A stretch of 32,000 bases of DNA from Erysipelotrichaceae bacterium MTC7. Lineage in GTDB: Bacteria > Bacillota_I > Bacilli_A > Erysipelotrichales > Erysipelotrichaceae. The notes below the pieces were generated by a model. It ran no database searches. It was not told where the DNA came from and was given only the letters and a program-made list of their open reading frames with translations. The DNA lies in the NCBI GenBank assembly GCA_001695645.1, contig LVZN01000023.1, forward strand, positions 108,243 through 140,242, read 5' to 3'. The position numbers were made by a program, and so were the translations under genes. This document shows positions 1-7,038 of the stretch, piece after piece. Each line of letters opens with the position of its first letter. Positions within the stretch are counted from its first letter, which is position 1.

Positions 1-268
1 TAAACATGTTTTTACGCCATAAGTGTAAAGCAATGACTAATCCAGTGGCAAGAAGCTCGGGAATGCCATGAGTTCCTGTATGGATATCAACACTTTGGTA
101 ACAATACACAGTTAACATGGCAATCATTGCTAGTGGTAAGTATTCGCCAAAGTAGACAACAATACCTGGGATGCTTTTTCCTTCTGGAAAAAAGATAAAT
201 GGTAAAAGGCGTGCAACAATCGTTAGTAAACTACATACCAATATGACAATGAGTGCATGGTTATTCAT
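1..268 (-). CDS. azlD: AzlD-like branched-chain amino acid transport protein; the 3' end runs off the window
   Basis: My own minus-strand translation from the ATG at 268-266 gives MNNHALIVILVCSLLTIVARLLPFIFFPEGKSIPGIVVYFGEYLPLAMIAMLTVYCYQSVD... This is a small hydrophobic protein. Its start overlaps the azlC stop by 8 nt (ATGAATAA), the usual azlCD arrangement. Confidence 0.6.
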   Translation of the reverse strand, partial: MNNHALIVILVCSLLTIVARLLPFIFFPEGKSIPGIVVYFGEYLPLAMIAMLTVYCYQSVDIHTGTHGIPELLATGLVIALHLWRKNMF

Positions 269-947
269 GAATCACACCTACTTTCCTGACAAGACATAAC
301 ATCAAAATAATGAGTGCAATGGAGATGCTAACAAAGTACATACCCTTGGCAAAAATCAAAGTAGCGATACTGATCACTAGCCCAAGTATACCAAGCAACG
401 GATGTTTCGATACTTTCATTTGTTCGATAAACATAACCACAAACAAAGCACTCATGGAAAATTCAATTCCTTTCATGTTCAAGGTAATTGCACTTGATAA
501 CAAGCTACCAATGATGCTTCCAACCACCCAATACAGTTGATGGAAAAAGGCAATCCAAAAGCAAAACCATTTTTCTGAAATACCTGCCGGAGCACGAACC
601 GTATCCAAAATCGCATAAGTTTCATCCGTCAATAAGAATCCCATATACGGTTTGATGATGCCATACCCCTTGAACTTTTGTAAAAAAGACAGTCCATAAA
701 AACTATAGCGAACATTGGTTAAGGCACTTAAAGCAACAATACTAATCATGCTTGCTCCCCCACTCAAAAAACTAACCAATAAGAATTGTAACGTTCCTGA
801 GTATATAAGCAAACTACTCAACAAGGCATACCCAACACCATAACCTGCTTTTTCAAACAGCATACCAAAGGCAAACCCCATAAACCCATATCCAATCATA
901 ACCGTAATGGTATATGGAAATGCTGCACCTATTGTCTTTTTCATCAT
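261..947 (-). CDS. azlC: AzlC-family branched-chain amino acid permease or exporter subunit
   Basis: The product of ORF 261..1007 is a polytopic hydrophobic protein with an AzlC-like LTDETYA motif. I moved the start to ATG 947 (or 944), behind a GGGGGA SD and downstream of the T-box terminator. The upstream 20 codons of the ORF overlap that leader. Confidence 0.7.
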   Translation of the reverse strand: MMKKTIGAAFPYTITVMIGYGFMGFAFGMLFEKAGYGVGYALLSSLLIYSGTLQFLLVSFLSGGASMISIVALSALTNVRYSFYGLSFLQKFKGYGIIKPYMGFLLTDETYAILDTVRAPAGISEKWFCFWIAFFHQLYWVVGSIIGSLLSSAITLNMKGIEFSMSALFVVMFIEQMKVSKHPLLGILGLVISIATLIFAKGMYFVSISIALIILMLCLVRKVGVIHE

Positions 948-961
948 AATTTCCCCCATAA

Positions 962-1205
962 ACAAAAAAACACTTTCATCCTTAGGACGAAAGTTTCGTG
1001 GTACCACCTAATTTCGTGATGCAAGCATCACCTTATCACACGCCATCACGTGCTTGTACGTTAACGGATACCACCGATCTAAACTCACAAAAGCTCATTT
1101 AGACAACTCCAAGACCATCTTCATATACACCTTACTGTCCCTCTTTCACCAACCAGGACTCGCTACATCAGCTTCTTATATACTACTCTTCTCTTCAACG
1201 TTATT
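962..1205 (-). promoter_or_regulatory. T-box riboswitch leader controlling azlCD
   Basis: The minus strand carries stem I elements: GA/K-turn TTGAAGAG, AGAGTA, AG bulge AGCGAG and distal loop GGTTGGTGAAAG. It also has the T-box sequence AAATTAGGTGGTACCACG. A terminator hairpin (ACTTTCGTCC-TAA-GGATGAAAGT plus TTTTTTT) lies just before the azlC SD. Confidence 0.8.
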
Positions 1206-1211
1206 GTGATT

Positions 1212-1239
1212 ATTTTATCATAGTGACAACAACTGTCAA
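1212..1239 (-). promoter_or_regulatory. Sigma-A type promoter for the T-box-azlCD transcript
   Basis: Minus strand: TTGACA (1239-1234), a 16-nt spacer, then TAAAAT (1217-1212). Confidence 0.55.
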
Positions 1240-1256
1240 CAAGCAATTTGTAAGCA

Positions 1257-1284
1257 ACAAAAAAGAGTTCTCTATTGAAAACTC
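1257..1284 (-). terminator. Intrinsic terminator after the PTS EIIA gene
   Basis: Minus strand: GAGTTTTC-AATA-GAGAACTC (8-bp stem with one mismatch) followed by TTTTTTG. Confidence 0.55.
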
Positions 1285-1322
1285 CATTTTTATTGTTTTA
1301 CGATGTTGTATCAACGTTTGTT

Positions 1323-1634
1323 TTATGCAGCAAAGCGTTTGTATACATCAATAAACTCAAGTGCTAAGATTTTAAATGCTTCAGCACTCATCAATTGATC
1401 TTCTGCATGTAAAAGCAATAATGTTACTTTTTCAAATTCACCATTTGCTTCTTGTTGGATCAATTTTGCATGGGCATGGTGCCCTTCAGTAAAACAAGCT
1501 TCTCCTTCAGTAATTGCTTCTTGTGCTTTATCAAAGTCTCCTGCTTTTGCATGTTGAATCGCTTCAATAAATAAACTTCTAGCTCCTCCAACATTTGCAA
1601 TAATATTAAAACAAGTTAATTCCAAGCCTTCCAT
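1323..1634 (-). CDS. PTS lactose/cellobiose-family EIIA component
   Basis: The roughly 103-aa helical protein reads MEGLELTCFNIIANVGGARSLFIEAI...LLLLHAEDQLMSAE, with the conserved His region of EIIA(Lac/Cel). I set the start at ATG 1634, behind GAAGGAG with a 7-nt spacer. The ORF-track start at 1655 lies upstream of the SD. Confidence 0.8.
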   Translation of the reverse strand: MEGLELTCFNIIANVGGARSLFIEAIQHAKAGDFDKAQEAITEGEACFTEGHHAHAKLIQQEANGEFEKVTLLLLHAEDQLMSAEAFKILALEFIDVYKRFAA

Positions 1635-1804
1635 AATCGTTACTCCTTCTTTCATAATGACAATGCATCAGTATTTTGTCATTAATCATAATACCATAAC
1701 TTTAGACATGATTCACTATGATTGATTCCATTCTTAATACATTTTTTATTGTTAGAAAAACTACATACGTTTGTTCCTGTGACAACACCCACATGATCGA
1801 AACT

Positions 1805-1834
1805 GCAAAATAGGATGCACAATCGTGCATCCTA
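1805..1834 (-). terminator. Intrinsic terminator ending the infC-rpmI-rplT-marR transcript
   Basis: A perfect hairpin TAGGATGCAC-GATT-GTGCATCCTA (1811-1834) includes the marR TAG stop. On the minus strand it is followed by TTTTGCAGTTT. Confidence 0.7.
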
Positions 1835-2299
1835 TATTTTTGCTTTAATGCGATATTCATCACGGAAGTATGCTAAGATACGTTCCAGTGTTTCATTAAG
1901 CACTATATTTTCATCTAAGCCCAAATCACCAATTGCCTTATCAATCATGTTTGCATGAAATGCTTCATGAATATCAAGAATTGGTAATGCTTTATCTGTC
2001 AATCGCAGACGTACGACACGTTTATCTTTATCATCGCGATAGCGTTCCACATACCCTTTTTTAATTAATTTGGCTACATTGGTTGTCAAAGTTCCTTGCG
2101 TTACCATAATTCGCGCGGCGATGTGTGACATTGAATTGTCGCTGGCTTTCTGAATATTCTCTAGAATATGGACATCATTCATCGAAAGGTCCACTCCAGA
2201 TTCTTTTAAATTACGTTCTTCGATATACAGTATGTAATTAAATAATCCAACTAACAATTCATTCAAGGTGTGCCTTGTATTCAGTTCTTGTTGGCCCAT
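1832..2299 (-). CDS. MarR-family transcriptional regulator, FabT-like subfamily
   Basis: The 155-aa product has a winged-HTH core (MVTQGTLTTNVAKLIKKGYVERYRDDKDKRVVRLRLT). The N-terminal LNELLVGLFNYILYIEERNL and the C-terminal HEAFHANMIDKAI segments match, from memory, streptococcal FabT. The gene starts 15 nt after the rplT stop. Confidence 0.7.
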   Translation of the reverse strand: MGQQELNTRHTLNELLVGLFNYILYIEERNLKESGVDLSMNDVHILENIQKASDNSMSHIAARIMVTQGTLTTNVAKLIKKGYVERYRDDKDKRVVRLRLTDKALPILDIHEAFHANMIDKAIGDLGLDENIVLNETLERILAYFRDEYRIKAKI

Positions 2300-2314
2300 A
2301 ATAGTTGTACTGTA

Positions 2315-2962
2315 CTATTCTGCTTCCTTGTCAGCAGCTTTTTTCGTAGTTGTTTTCTTTGCAGCTGGTTTTTTTGCAGCAGTTTCTTTTTTAGCAGCTG
2401 TAGTTTTCTTAGCAGCTGGTTTCTTTTCTGCTGTTTCTTTTTTAGCAGCTGTTGTTTTCTTAGCAGCTGGTTTTTTTGCAGCTGGTTTCTTTTCTGCTTT
2501 AGCTTCATCATCTTTTTTAGCTGCTGCTTTTTTAGCAGGAGCTTTCTTAGCTGGTGCAGCTTTTTCTTCAGCTTTTGCTGCTACTGGTGTAGCTGCAACT
2601 GGACCTTTTTCTAAAGCTTTTTTAGCTTCTTCACAGATTGCTGTAAATCCTTTTTCGTCATGGATAGCCATTTCTGAAAGCATTTTACGGTTTACTGTAA
2701 TGTTTGCCCATTTTAAACCACAAGTTAATTTTGAGTAAGATAACCCATTCATTCTTGCAGCAGCGTTGATACGAGAAATCCAAAGTTTTCTCATGTCACG
2801 TTTTAATTGACGACGGTCTCTGTAAGCATATTTAAGACTGTGCATTACTTGTTCATTAGCTGTTTTGTATAGGATGTGTTTTGATCCAAAATACCCTTTC
2901 GCTAATTTAATTACTTTTTTTCTTCTAGCGCGTGTTGTTGTTCCACCTTTTACTCTTGGCAT
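2315..2962 (-). CDS. rplT: 50S ribosomal protein L20 with a roughly 97-aa Lys/Ala/Thr/Pro-rich C-terminal extension
   Basis: The N-terminal 118 aa are canonical L20 ([28 protein letters not shown]...[29 protein letters not shown]). The sequence then continues as ...[13 protein letters not shown]...[17 protein letters not shown]... to 215 aa. Confidence 0.9.
   Translation of the reverse strand: MPRVKGGTTTRARRKKVIKLAKGYFGSKHILYKTANEQVMHSLKYAYRDRRQLKRDMRKLWISRINAAARMNGLSYSKLTCGLKWANITVNRKMLSEMAIHDEKGFTAICEEAKKALEKGPVAATPVAAKAEEKAAPAKKAPAKKAAAKKDDEAKAEKKPAAKKPAAKKTTAAKKETAEKKPAAKKTTAAKKETAAKKPAAKKTTTKKAADKEAE
2330..2494 (-). repeat. In-frame 51-bp tandem repeats encoding [16 protein letters not shown](E/A), inside the rplT 3' extension
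   Basis: Two full 51-bp units plus flanking partial units are visible, for example agcagctggtttcttttctgctgtttcttttttagcagctgttgttttctt against tgcagctggtttttttgcagcagtttcttttttagcagctgtagttttctt. Confidence 0.85.
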
Positions 2963-2977
2963 ATCAAATTCCTCCTA

Positions 2978-3172
2978 CTATTTTTGTAACATTAGCTTGA
3001 TACGTTTGTAATCGCTCTCGCTAACTAATCCTGGTTTCGCTAATTGTCTTCTTTGTTTTTTTGTTTTCCCGTGGAAACGGTGTGATGTATAAGCATGTCC
3101 TCTTTTTAATTTTCCAGAACCTGTCTTTTTTACACGTTTTGCTAATCCACTGTGTGATTTCATTTTTGGCAT
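2978..3172 (-). CDS. rpmI: 50S ribosomal protein L35
   Basis: The 64-aa basic protein reads [33 protein letters not shown] and sits between infC and rplT. Confidence 0.95.
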   Translation of the reverse strand: MPKMKSHSGLAKRVKKTGSGKLKRGHAYTSHRFHGKTKKQRRQLAKPGLVSESDYKRIKLMLQK

Positions 3173-3187
3173 AAAACTTTCCTCCTA

Positions 3188-3730
3188 CTATTTTTTATTA
3201 CCCATTGGAGCTAACACCAAAGACATTGTGTTACCTTCCAGCATTGGTCTTTTTTCTACTTTTGCAATATCTTGCATTTCTTCAACAAATTGATTCATCG
3301 CTTTTTTACCAACATCGATACGAGTCATCATACGACCTCTAAAGCGCATATCAACTTTAACTTTGTGTCCTTGCTCAATAAATTTACGAGCATGACGAAC
3401 CTTTGTATCAAAATCATGTTTGTCGATATTTGGTGGCAAACGTAACGATTTCAATTCCACAACGTGTTGCTTACGTTTAGCTTCTTTTGATTTCTTTTGC
3501 ATGTCAAAACGGTAACGACCGTAATCTAAGATTTTACAAACTGGTGGATTTCCTTTTGGAGCCACACATAGTAAATCAAGATTTTGCGAGAATGCTTTAT
3601 CTAAAGCATCATTACGCGACATAACTCCCAATTGTTCACCATCTGCATCGATGACTAGCACTTCTTTAAAGCGAATCTTTTCATTAACTAAATCCGTGTT
3701 AACGTTGTTTGGTACGACCTTTCTAATAAT
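3188..3730 (-). CDS. infC: Translation initiation factor IF-3, probably with an ATT start codon
   Basis: IF-3 N and C domains are present (LVNEKIRFKEVLVIDADGEQLGV...; ...KVDMRFRGRMMTRIDVGKK...). The strong SD GAGGAGGTG lies inside the ORF-track N-terminus (the GTG at 3754). It is followed 5 and 8 nt later by ATT ATT (3730 and 3727), with no ATG, GTG or TTG nearby. Confidence 0.85.
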   Translation of the reverse strand: MIRKVVPNNVNTDLVNEKIRFKEVLVIDADGEQLGVMSRNDALDKAFSQNLDLLCVAPKGNPPVCKILDYGRYRFDMQKKSKEAKRKQHVVELKSLRLPPNIDKHDFDTKVRHARKFIEQGHKVKVDMRFRGRMMTRIDVGKKAMNQFVEEMQDIAKVEKRPMLEGNTMSLVLAPMGNKK

Positions 3731-3751
3731 AGACACCTCCTCGTGATCAAA

Positions 3752-3889
3752 CACAAATAAAAAGTGAGCATAAATTGCCCACTTGCCTAACTAATACAGT
3801 TTCTACGTATTATGTAGCGCATACCTCAGTCTAAGTGACAGCAGGTGAGAAGTGGACTTCTACTTTCTACTAGCTTTTATTACTTGACT
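3752..3889 (-). promoter_or_regulatory. infC operon leader with an attenuator terminator (L20-leader type)
   Basis: A 5' UTR of about 135 nt lies between the promoter and the infC SD. It ends in the hairpin AAGTGGGCA-ATTTA-TGCTCACTT (3784-3762) followed by TTTATTTG. This position and layout match the L20-responsive leaders of Firmicutes. Confidence 0.5.
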
Positions 3890-3917
3890 ATGATACCACA
3901 ACTGCGGCCAAAGTCAA
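3890..3917 (-). promoter_or_regulatory. Promoter of the infC-rpmI-rplT operon
   Basis: Minus strand: TTGACT (3917-3912), a 16-nt spacer ending in TGG, then TATCAT (3895-3890). Confidence 0.5.
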
Positions 3918-3983
3918 ACATTATTTGTTTATTTTAGCTGGGTTCATCTTATCACATCATCTAACGATCATCAATAATTTCTA

Positions 3984-4013
3984 TTGCTTGTATACGATAC
4001 ATTTGCGTATAAT
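3984..4013 (+). promoter_or_regulatory. Promoter of the kinase gene, implying a leaderless or 1-nt-leader mRNA
   Basis: TTGCTT (3984-3989), an 18-nt spacer, then TATAAT (4008-4013). The ATG lies 7 nt downstream (4021) with no SD between. Confidence 0.45.
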
Positions 4014-4020
4014 AAAACTA

Positions 4021-4836
4021 ATGAAAAAACTATACGAGCTTTTGGAAAATATTTTCCCAAATAAAAATATCAGCATTGAAAAACTCGATAAAGGAATCAG
4101 CAACCACAACTACCTCGTTAAAGTGGATAGTGAAACCTATGTCATGCGAGTCCCTTTCCTTGACAAGGGTCATGTGTTTTCACGTGAGCATGAAGCTATG
4201 GTAAACACGATGGTTTCTGACCTTGATGTTCCTTGCATGTACTTTGATCCAAAAACAGGCATCAAAATCACAAAATACATCTCCTCATTGTATGAATATG
4301 AAGAATGTCCCTATCCAGACAAGATTGAACGAGCTGCTCATTTGGTGAAAGCATTGCACCAAAAACCTGCTCCTGATTTTCCTTTTGATCCAGTGGCAAC
4401 CTTAAGAAAGTATCAAGCGATGCTCAAACATCCCATCTACGATCTTTCAAACTATCAAGACATTGTGGAAAAGGTAAAAAGTCTTAACCACCAACAGGTG
4501 CTTTGCCATAACGATTTGGTTTCTGGAAATCTACTTTTTGGCAACGACCGTGATTATCTGATTGACTATGAGTATGCTGCCGCAAATGATGCACTGTTTG
4601 ATGTCATGAGTTTTTTATCAGAAAACAACATCACAGACGAAACATTACGCCAACGCTTTTATAATGTATATTTTGATGAAATGAGTGAGACGCTTTATCA
4701 TGATTTAGCCTTATGGGAAGATTTTCATAATCTGCTTTGGTGTACGTGGGCAATGATGTTATATGAAACGCGAAACGAATCGATTTATAAAGAAATTGCC
4801 ACAATGAAATATCAAGCTTTGCAAAGACGTAACTAA
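4021..4836 (+). CDS. Choline/ethanolamine kinase family phosphotransferase (LicA-like)
   Basis: The product has a Brenner motif (LCHNDLVSGNLLF) and a choline-kinase motif (YLIDYEYAAANDALFDVMSFLSE). I set the start at ATG 4021 (MKKLYELLENIF). The TTG at 3925 in the ORF track adds an implausible hydrophobic leader. Confidence 0.7.
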   Translation: MKKLYELLENIFPNKNISIEKLDKGISNHNYLVKVDSETYVMRVPFLDKGHVFSREHEAMVNTMVSDLDVPCMYFDPKTGIKITKYISSLYEYEECPYPDKIERAAHLVKALHQKPAPDFPFDPVATLRKYQAMLKHPIYDLSNYQDIVEKVKSLNHQQVLCHNDLVSGNLLFGNDRDYLIDYEYAAANDALFDVMSFLSENNITDETLRQRFYNVYFDEMSETLYHDLALWEDFHNLLWCTWAMMLYETRNESIYKEIATMKYQALQRRN

Positions 4837-4873
4837 AAAGAAGTTCAGCCATTACTAGGGTTGAACTTCTTTT
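4836..4873. terminator. Bidirectional intrinsic terminator between the convergent kinase and GDPD genes
   Basis: AAAAGAAGTTCAGCC-attactag-GGTTGAACTTCTTTT forms a stem of about 15 bp with A/T runs on both sides. The GDPD stop codon lies in the loop region. Confidence 0.7.
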
Positions 4874-5790
4874 CTTTGTTGGGCATCAAGCAGTTGTTTC
4901 AATTGCAAATCACTTTCTTGCAAATGATCACTGACAAAACCATAGGCACCTAGTGCCTGTTTTTCATAGACTTGCGAAAGTTGATTGGTTGTATACAAAT
5001 ACACTTTTACCCCTTGTTGGATAAATGGTAGTAGACTTGTTTCATCTTTTACCCAGCTATGTTTCATGAGTACTGTTGGAATTTGATTGGTTGCACAGAA
5101 ATTAGAGACTGCTTCAAAATCTTTGTTTTTCTCTTTATATAAGGAATACATATAGTGTTTGAATGGATGGATTGCCTTAAGATTTGCATATTGTTCCTCA
5201 CTGTAGAACTGTATGATCATCCGGTCCAAAACATCCAACTTATGATGCTCGGTTGCATACACTACCATTTTTTCAATGATGGATTCCATGGAAATTTCAT
5301 CGGTGTACTTTGTATCGATGACAAACATGGCATCTACATGATTATCCATATAACTGATCAAATCCTTCAAATCACTGGCTGGATATTTATAATACTTGTA
5401 ATTTTGTTTGAACTCTTCGTGACTAGGAATGCCATTAGAAAACTGTAGATAATGTTGGCCACTATCTTCCCAGTCATGATGAAGTACCACCTCACCATCA
5501 CTTGTGACATTCAAATCCACTTCAAACAAACGTTCACCTGCCAAGTAGTTTTCTTGCAAAGCGCTGATTGTATTGGTTCCCGTTTTGCCATCAATACTAC
5601 CAAGTGCGTGTTTGATGATATGATGATTTTCATACCACACTGGTTGCAGCGGTAACACTTCCACTGGTTTTGTAGTTTCTTCTTTTGTGAAGTTTGGCGC
5701 GTAAGCAAGTACGGCCATTAACATACCCATTACAAGCATTCCCGCAACAAATGAAAGAATGACTGGTTTTTTTATTCCCTTATATTTCAT
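4855..5790 (-). CDS. Membrane-anchored glycerophosphodiester phosphodiesterase (GDPD) family protein
   Basis: An N-terminal TM helix (KKPVILSFVAGMLVMGMLMAVLAYA) precedes a GDPD-like core (IIKHALGSIDG...LFEVDLNVTSDGEVVLHHDW). I set the start at ATG 5790 (MKYKGIKK). Confidence 0.6.
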   Translation of the reverse strand: MKYKGIKKPVILSFVAGMLVMGMLMAVLAYAPNFTKEETTKPVEVLPLQPVWYENHHIIKHALGSIDGKTGTNTISALQENYLAGERLFEVDLNVTSDGEVVLHHDWEDSGQHYLQFSNGIPSHEEFKQNYKYYKYPASDLKDLISYMDNHVDAMFVIDTKYTDEISMESIIEKMVVYATEHHKLDVLDRMIIQFYSEEQYANLKAIHPFKHYMYSLYKEKNKDFEAVSNFCATNQIPTVLMKHSWVKDETSLLPFIQQGVKVYLYTTNQLSQVYEKQALGAYGFVSDHLQESDLQLKQLLDAQQRKEVQP

Positions 5791-5837
5791 AGTTTTATTA
5801 AATGCCAACCCTTCACCAATTGCAAGAAAAAAGACGA

Positions 5838-6203
5838 TCAATCGTCCTTCTTCGCTAATTCATTTTTTACTGCATTTAAGATTTGGGCATCATCATAACC
5901 AATGTCATGCATATCCCCAATAAACAAACGCACCATACTTGTTGCTTGTTCCTGCTCAAGTTTACTGATCAAGTCTTGATCTTCTGAGATAAAGCGACCA
6001 GCCGTACGCTCACTTTTTAGCAACCCTTCACGTTCCAATTCACTTAAGGCACGTTGGACCGTATTGGGATTCACTCCATATTCAACAGCTAAATCACGAA
6101 CCGATTTCACGCGTGATCCAAGTTCGTAATTTCCAGAAACAATATTCTTTTTAAACTCATCCATGATTTGGATGTAAATAGGCACATTTGGATTAAAGTC
6201 CAT
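5838..6203 (-). CDS. GntR-family (short, YtrA-like) transcriptional regulator
   Basis: The product begins MDFNPNVPIYIQIMDEFKKNIVSGNYELGSRVKSVRDLAVEYGVNPNTVQRALSELEREGLL. I set the start at ATG 6203 or 6206, behind AGAGGTGA. Upstream ORF-track residues overlap the permease gene. Confidence 0.8.
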   Translation of the reverse strand: MDFNPNVPIYIQIMDEFKKNIVSGNYELGSRVKSVRDLAVEYGVNPNTVQRALSELEREGLLKSERTAGRFISEDQDLISKLEQEQATSMVRLFIGDMHDIGYDDAQILNAVKNELAKKDD

Positions 6204-6213
6204 CATATCACCT

Positions 6214-7038
6214 CTAATCCAACTCAATCTTGCGTTGTAAGAGATACTTACACACAAAGAAATAAACAGCTCCCCAAATGATTGCAAGTCCTAGTTGTAC
6301 AAACATATCTTCGTAAATGATACTTGTATAGGTTTCCAGTGCATCTGTGGATGATACGCTTGAAGAACTCACCGTAAAACCAAGCGTTGAAGCCTGCATA
6401 ATAGCATCACTTTGAAACACATAACTGATTCCAAGTTGGACAATAGAAATTGCAATGTAGGTGATAATTGCCACCAAGATACGGTGACTTTTCACGTATT
6501 TGGTATGCACGAACGTAATAATCATATAGGCACAAAGTACCGATTGCATCGTACTTATCATAAATTCTATAACGCTAACCGCTAGTAGTTGAATATCAAC
6601 GTTTGCACCAAAGATACTTCCTAGGGTTAATGAGACTTCCGTCATCAAAATCGACGAGATAAAAATTGCCAAGATCGTTAAGCCAAACCAAAATGAGGCA
6701 ACAAGCATTTTTGAAAGCAACAACTTGGTTGTACTTACTGGTAAAGTCAAAGTCAAATACCCTTGGCTTTTAAACATCGAACGATTAAAATTACGAAGAA
6801 TTTGCAAACCAACAAAGACAATACTTCCAAATACCAAAAGTCCATAAATCATAATCAAGATAATCGCTGCAATTGCCGATACTTGTAGTGAACCATTTTC
6901 GGAAATCACGCTTCCATCATTCATGACTTGCGAAAATCCACCGAAACGGACCATCAGTGCAACCCCAATCATCGCCACAAACAAAATGAGGTATTGTTCA
7001 TAACCGCGACGAATTTCATATTTTAATAACTTCATCAT
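6214..7038 (-). CDS. ABC-transporter-associated multi-pass membrane protein (putative permease)
   Basis: The 274-aa product has about 6 predicted TM segments. Its start overlaps the ATPase stop by 4 nt. I recognise no family from sequence alone. Confidence 0.55.
   Translation of the reverse strand: MMKLLKYEIRRGYEQYLILFVAMIGVALMVRFGGFSQVMNDGSVISENGSLQVSAIAAIILIMIYGLLVFGSIVFVGLQILRNFNRSMFKSQGYLTLTLPVSTTKLLLSKMLVASFWFGLTILAIFISSILMTEVSLTLGSIFGANVDIQLLAVSVIEFMISTMQSVLCAYMIITFVHTKYVKSHRILVAIITYIAISIVQLGISYVFQSDAIMQASTLGFTVSSSSVSSTDALETYTSIIYEDMFVQLGLAIIWGAVYFFVCKYLLQRKIELD

Noticed and set aside
2268-2738. The ORFs at 2268..2738 (+), 2270..2614 (+) and 2281..2511 (-), which encode Phe/Ala/Ser-rich or Lys/Gln-rich low-complexity products.
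   Set aside because: They are alternative-frame and antisense shadows of the repetitive rplT tail. They have no SD and implausible composition, and the rplT frame is continuous with a canonical L20 domain.
3884-3917. The inverted TTGACT...AGTCAA pair as a plus-strand promoter for the kinase gene.
   Set aside because: No acceptable -10 follows the plus-strand TTGACT at 16-18 nt. The minus-strand reading gives a proper infC promoter, and the kinase gene has its own TATAAT at 4008-4013.
5838-5840. Possible Mollicutes-type genetic code, with TGA read as Trp, given the low GC content and the gene content.
   Set aside because: TGA works as a genuine stop. The GntR gene ends at 5838-5840 and the FabK paralog at 16777-16779, both at the expected protein ends. 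Trp is encoded by TGG throughout.
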